DNA of 19,716 nt from Myxococcota bacterium (GTDB taxonomy: Bacteria > Myxococcota_A > Polyangia > Polyangiales > Sandaracinaceae): assembly GCA_036149055.1 (NCBI GenBank), contig JAYZQJ010000199.1, positions 1 to 19,716 of the forward strand, read 5' to 3'. The position numbers and the translations under genes were made by a program. Positions 15,642 through 19,716 of this stretch are shown piece after piece. Position 1 is the first letter of the stretch; every line of letters starts with the position of its first letter. The notes under the pieces were generated by a model. The model saw only the letters and a list, made by a program, of their open reading frames with translations. It was not told the DNA's origin and searched no databases.

Positions 15642-16193
15642 TCAGCCAGCGGGGAGCGAGAAGGGCTCGCCTTCGACCGCGTGGGCCCGGCTGCAGCTCC
15701 GGATGACGAAGCGGTAGGTCCCGGCGGGCGCGTCCGGGCAGCGCCCCTCGCACTCGCACTGGGTGGTCCCGGTGGTGCCGTTCCACGCCGGCGGAAGGAG
15801 CACCGCGCCCGGGGCCAGGGTCAGGCACTCGGGGATCTCCTCGTCGCACGCGAACCGGAGATGCAGCTCGCCTCCGTCCACGTCGACCCAGCCGTCGCCG
15901 TCGCGCCGCTGCAGGGCCACCGAGGACGAGAGCTCGGCGGGCTCGTCGCCGCGGCTCTCCACCCGCGGGGTCACGGCCCGCGCGTGCGCGTCCACCACGC
16001 CCACCACCCGGACCTCGGGGACGGGCCCCGGATCGACGGCGGGCGCGATCTCGTCGACCTCCCCACCGCTGGCCTCGGTGCGCTGGGCTTGCCGGTTGTC
16101 GCGGGGCGCCTCCTCGGGCGTGCCGGAGCAGCCGCCGCCGCAGCCGGCGATCACGAGACAGGAGCCGAGGGCGAGGATGGCGCGAGAGCTCAC
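15642..16193 (-). CDS. Hypothetical lipoprotein with a Cys-containing beta-rich C-terminal domain (183 aa)
   Basis: Lipobox VIAG-C. C-terminus C...CLTLAPG...W.G...CEC..C..APAGTYRFV..C. Confidence 0.78.
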   Translation of the reverse strand: MSSRAILALGSCLVIAGCGGGCSGTPEEAPRDNRQAQRTEASGGEVDEIAPAVDPGPVPEVRVVGVVDAHARAVTPRVESRGDEPAELSSSVALQRRDGDGWVDVDGGELHLRFACDEEIPECLTLAPGAVLLPPAWNGTTGTTQCECEGRCPDAPAGTYRFVIRSCSRAHAVEGEPFSLPAG

Positions 16194-16231
16194 GGCCCGA
16201 AGGATAGAGCGTCGATCGCCGGGGTCACGTT

Positions 16232-16645
16232 TCAGGGGATCGGCGGCGCCCCGTAGGCCCCGGCGCCCTGCTGTACGGCCTGGTCGATCTCGTCGCCGGG
16301 CTCGTCGTCTCCGGCCGGCTCCGGCTCCTCTTCTTCGGGGGGTGGAGGCGGCGCGCCGTAGGGCGCGGCGATCGCGGGCGGCGAGTCGTCCTCGGGCGGC
16401 GGCGGCGGCGGCTCCGGATCCGGGGGCGCGCCGTAGGGCTGGGCGATGGTCTCCTCCGGAGGCGCGTCGACCCCGCAGGCGGAGGCGACCGACGCGCCGA
16501 AGTAGAAGATCGCGGCGCGGGTCAGGTTGCCGACCCGGGGACCGGCGGCGCGAGGGGGGCGGGCGACGAGCGGCGCGTCACAGAAGACGCACGCCGCGGC
16601 GTCGGCGCGGACGTGACGACGGCAGACCTCGCAGGGGACCAGCAT
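16232..16645 (-). CDS. Zinc-ribbon protein with a hydrophobic helix and three YGAPP repeats (137 aa)
   Basis: C-terminal part of track ORF 16232..17578. MLVPCEVCRRHV...CVFC, then LTRAAIFYFGASVASAC and an acidic Pro-rich tail. YGAPP at 16421-16435, 16346-16360 and 16241-16255. Confidence 0.82.
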   Translation of the reverse strand: MLVPCEVCRRHVRADAAACVFCDAPLVARPPRAAGPRVGNLTRAAIFYFGASVASACGVDAPPEETIAQPYGAPPDPEPPPPPPEDDSPPAIAAPYGAPPPPPEEEEPEPAGDDEPGDEIDQAVQQGAGAYGAPPIP

Positions 16646-16699
16646 GCGGCGAGGATACCGCACTGGAAGGTCGCCGGAGCCGAGGCGTATGTTGCCGCG

Positions 16700-17575
16700 A
16701 TGATCCTGCTCCCGTACGGACACGATCAGTCGGTCTACGGGCGGCAGTGGGCGACCTGGGCGCTGATCGTGCTCAACGTGCTCGTCTTCCTCTTCACCTG
16801 GGTCAGCGGGTTCGGGGTCGAAGACGAGCTCGAGCGACGCACGCGCGCCTTCGAGTCGGTGCTCCTGACCTACCCCGACGCGCAGATCGACGTGTCCGTG
16901 CTCGACGGCGCGCCGGGAGAGCTGCGCGAGGTGCTCTCGGATCTGGTGCAGCTCGACGCCACCGCGCCGCTCACCGAGGGCGACATCGCGCTCGAGGACG
17001 CCACCCGCGACCTGCTCGAGACCTACCGCGGCCTGCCGGCGCAGCGCTTCGGCTACCGCCCCGGCGACCCCTCGGCGCTGAATCTGATGAGCAGCCTCTT
17101 CGTGCACGGAGGCTTCTGGCACCTCTTCGGCAACATGCTCTTCCTCTGGCTCGCGGGCGCGGTCATCGAGTGCTTCTGGGATCGCGGCCTCTTCCTCGGC
17201 CTCTACGTCCTGGCCGGCGTGGGCGCGACCCTCGCGCAGCACCTCTCGGAGCCGCACAGCCTCGTCCCCATCATCGGCGCGTCGGGCGCGATCAGCGGCA
17301 TGCTCGGCGCGTTCGTCGTCGGCTACCCGAAGACCCGGGTCCGCATGCTCTGGGCCGCGATCCCGTTCGGCGTCGGCCACTTCCACGTCCCCGCCTGGCT
17401 GCTGATCCCGCTCTGGGCCGCCATCCAGCTCTTCTGGGCCCTCCTCACCCCACACGACGGCGTCGCGCACTGGGCCCACCTCGGCGGCTTCGCCGTCGGC
17501 GTCGTCGCCGCGGTCGTGGTCAAGCGCATGGACTGGGACATCGCCGACGCCGGCGACGGTCGCTCCGGTATTTGA
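16700..17575 (+). CDS. Rhomboid-family intramembrane serine protease (291 aa)
   Basis: SLFVHGGFWHLFGNMLFLW, catalytic GASG and AHWAHLGGF. ATG 16700. Confidence 0.95.
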   Translation: MILLPYGHDQSVYGRQWATWALIVLNVLVFLFTWVSGFGVEDELERRTRAFESVLLTYPDAQIDVSVLDGAPGELREVLSDLVQLDATAPLTEGDIALEDATRDLLETYRGLPAQRFGYRPGDPSALNLMSSLFVHGGFWHLFGNMLFLWLAGAVIECFWDRGLFLGLYVLAGVGATLAQHLSEPHSLVPIIGASGAISGMLGAFVVGYPKTRVRMLWAAIPFGVGHFHVPAWLLIPLWAAIQLFWALLTPHDGVAHWAHLGGFAVGVVAAVVVKRMDWDIADAGDGRSGI

Positions 17576-17613
17576 CACTCGCGCATTCCTGGTTGCGCAG
17601 CTAGGCTCGCCGT

Positions 17614-19716
17614 GTGCGTCGCACGTTGTTCCTGATCTGCCTGCTCGGCTGCAGCGCGCCCGAGCCCGGCCCGGCGCCCCACCCGCTCCTCGGCGAGCCC
17701 TCCCTCCGGAGGGCCGGCGTCACCCTCGACCTGCCCGAGGAGCGGCTGCGTCGCGGCGACGCGATCGAGCAGCGGTGGCGCGTGCCCGAGCGCCCCGCCG
17801 GTGGAGGCCCGCTGGTCGTCGAGGTGCCGTTCGAGGGCGCGCGAGAGATCCAGTCGTCGCCGACGGGGCTCTCCGTTCGCACGGACACCAGCGCGTTCCA
17901 CTACGGCCACGGGACCTGGATCGACGCGCGCGGTCGACGCCACCACCTCCCGGTGAAGCCCGGGCCCGGCGGCGCTCGGATCCTGGTCCCCGAGGCGCTG
18001 CTCGAAGCGACCGACTACCCCGCGCTGCTGGACCCCGTGGTGAGCCCGGTTCACCAGCTCGCCGTTCCGCCGGCCATGGTCCCGAACCGAAGCCAGCCGA
18101 TGGGCCTGGGCTGGGACCCCGCGTCGCGGCGCTGGCTGCTGCTCCAGGCGGTCGAAGAGAGCGCGCACCGCCTCCGTGAGCTCGGCCCGCGCGGCCACCC
18201 GGTCGCAGAGACCGACACCTGGCTCGGCGCCTCGACGCCTGGGAGCGTCGCGCGCGTCGAGCTCGCGGCGCGAGAGGGCGAGGTCCTGATCGTGCGGGAG
18301 CTCGACGGCCTCATGACGCGACGGTGGCGTGAGGGCGCGTTCGTCAGCGAGCCGCGTCATCTCGATCCCGTGGGTGGATTCGGGCTCGGGCGTGGGCTCA
18401 CCGCGACCGCCGAGGGCTACCTGCTGCCCATCGAGTCGCGGCGCGGCGCCGAGGTCCTCGGGCTCGACCCCGAGGGGAACATCGTCTCGCGGCGCCGCTT
18501 CGGGGAGGGCCGTCCGGGGCTGGCCTGCGGGGCGGGCGCGTGCCTGGTCGCCTTTCGTGACGCCAGCGGGCTTCACGCCCAGCGGATCGACGCCCGAGGC
18601 ACCCCGCTCGAGCCCGCGCCCCGGCTCCTGGCGGCGTTCGCCGACTCCGACGACGGCGCGGTCGCGGTCGCGGCCGACGGCGACGTCTTCCTCGTGCTCA
18701 CGGAGACCCGGGAGGGGAGCCGGGCGGCGCTGCTGGCGCCGGACGGCTCCGTGACGTCCGTGGACGCGGGGCCGGGAGCGACCGAGGTGGTGGGAGGGCG
18801 GGGCGTGTTCCTCACGCTCGGGGAGCGGCTGACCTGGATCTCGCGGTCGGGCGCGCCCCTGGCGAGCGTCATCCCGGACGGCTACCGGAGCCCACGGCGA
18901 CACGCGGTGGGCGCCTTCGACGGCACCCGGTGGATCGTGCTCGGCTCGGAGCCGGTGGTGGGCTTCGTGTTCGACGCGCCGGGATCGCTGGAGGCGGTCG
19001 TCCCGCTCGGCGAGATGACGGCGGTCCCGTGGCGCCCCCGGGTCACCTGTGGGCCCGACGCGTGCCTCGCGGTCTGGTACGAGCGCTCGTACGACCGCGA
19101 CGAGAGCGTCGTCCGCGCGAGCTGGCTGGACCCGGACGGCCGCCCCGAGGCGCCGTTCGAGCTGCCCGCGCCGTCGAGAGCCGTCGTGGTCGTCTCGGGC
19201 ACCGACTCGCACGCGGTCGTCGGGTGGGCCGGGCCGCCCGCGCGACTGCAGACCTGGGACCGCGGCACGAGAGCGCGAAGAGACGTCTCGGTGCCCCCCG
19301 GCGTGATCGGCGCCCCACACTGCGGACCGGACACCTGCCTGGTGCGAGGCCCGACCGTCGGCGCCTTCTTCGACCCGGCCGCCGAGACGTGGTCGGACCT
19401 CGACACCGACCTCCCCGCGGACCCGACGGTGATCGCCGGAGGGCCTCGGGGCTTTCTGGAGGTGTCGAGCGCGGGGGTCACCCTGCTCTCTCCGAGCGAG
19501 CGCCGTGGGATCTCGGGCCTCCCCTTCACCCCTCGGGCGGCGGCCGGAACGGCCGACGGCTGGTTGACCTGCGCGGGGACGAGCCTCGTCGCGGTGGACG
19601 CGGACGGCGCGCCCCGGCGCGCCCACGCCCGGCCGCGCGGCTGCCACGCGATCCCCAGTGGGGACCGCCCCGGCGGGGGGCGCGGCGCGGGGGCCCAGAC
19701 GAGCGCGCTGGTCCGC
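17614..19716 (+). CDS. Large secreted lipoprotein, beta-repeat or propeller-like (at least 701 aa, 3'-truncated by the window)
   Basis: Absent from the ORF track because it has no stop in the window. I read the frame from GTG 17614 to the end without a stop. MRRTLFLICLLG-C lipobox, N-terminal domain EQRW...P.G.GPL.V...HYG.GTWIDARG...VP..LL...YPALLDP, and recurring CGxxxCL motifs. Confidence 0.85.
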   Translation, partial: MRRTLFLICLLGCSAPEPGPAPHPLLGEPSLRRAGVTLDLPEERLRRGDAIEQRWRVPERPAGGGPLVVEVPFEGAREIQSSPTGLSVRTDTSAFHYGHGTWIDARGRRHHLPVKPGPGGARILVPEALLEATDYPALLDPVVSPVHQLAVPPAMVPNRSQPMGLGWDPASRRWLLLQAVEESAHRLRELGPRGHPVAETDTWLGASTPGSVARVELAAREGEVLIVRELDGLMTRRWREGAFVSEPRHLDPVGGFGLGRGLTATAEGYLLPIESRRGAEVLGLDPEGNIVSRRRFGEGRPGLACGAGACLVAFRDASGLHAQRIDARGTPLEPAPRLLAAFADSDDGAVAVAADGDVFLVLTETREGSRAALLAPDGSVTSVDAGPGATEVVGGRGVFLTLGERLTWISRSGAPLASVIPDGYRSPRRHAVGAFDGTRWIVLGSEPVVGFVFDAPGSLEAVVPLGEMTAVPWRPRVTCGPDACLAVWYERSYDRDESVVRASWLDPDGRPEAPFELPAPSRAVVVVSGTDSHAVVGWAGPPARLQTWDRGTRARRDVSVPPGVIGAPHCGPDTCLVRGPTVGAFFDPAAETWSDLDTDLPADPTVIAGGPRGFLEVSSAGVTLLSPSERRGISGLPFTPRAAAGTADGWLTCAGTSLVAVDADGAPRRAHARPRGCHAIPSGDRPGGGRGAGAQTSALVR

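Noticed and set aside
17572..17607. Sigma70 promoter TTGACA...TAGGCT before the last gene
   Set aside because: The spacer is 24 nt, too long, and TTGACA overlaps the rhomboid stop codon, so it may be coincidental.
1..19716. CRISPR array, tRNA/rRNA, transposase or integrase
   Set aside because: No regularly spaced repeats, RNA-gene signatures or recombinase motifs were seen.

Overview
Very GC-rich bacterial DNA. The protein styles (Cys-rich lipoproteins, a YGAPP-repeat zinc-ribbon protein, a STAS/SEC14-like protein) suggest Myxococcota, which is an inference. About 20 real genes are supported; most long Arg/Pro/Gly-rich ORFs in the track are antisense or off-frame shadows. Left to right: a divergent pair (hypothetical protein and small winged-helix protein) around a palindrome-rich spacer with a myxobacterial LexA-box-like site; a PqqC/CADD-like heme-oxygenase-fold diiron enzyme; an orphan GAF histidine kinase; a lipA-E1alpha-E1beta-E2 2-oxoacid dehydrogenase operon; a minus-strand five-gene cassette of exported proteins; a B-box/membrane protein; two lipoprotein-like genes; a rhomboid protease; and the 5' part of a large lipoprotein gene missing from the ORF track. 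Two things stand out. First, the E1alpha gene is intact but has lost its ThDP/Mg-binding motif and both active-site loops, so it looks like a pseudoenzyme. Second, the exported cassette holds a DUF4331-like protein split over two genes, with a tandem 8-Cys/3-His domain fused to the second half, followed by an internal terminator and TPR proteins. No RNA genes, CRISPR arrays or mobile elements were seen. All family calls come from motif recognition by eye, not from database searches.
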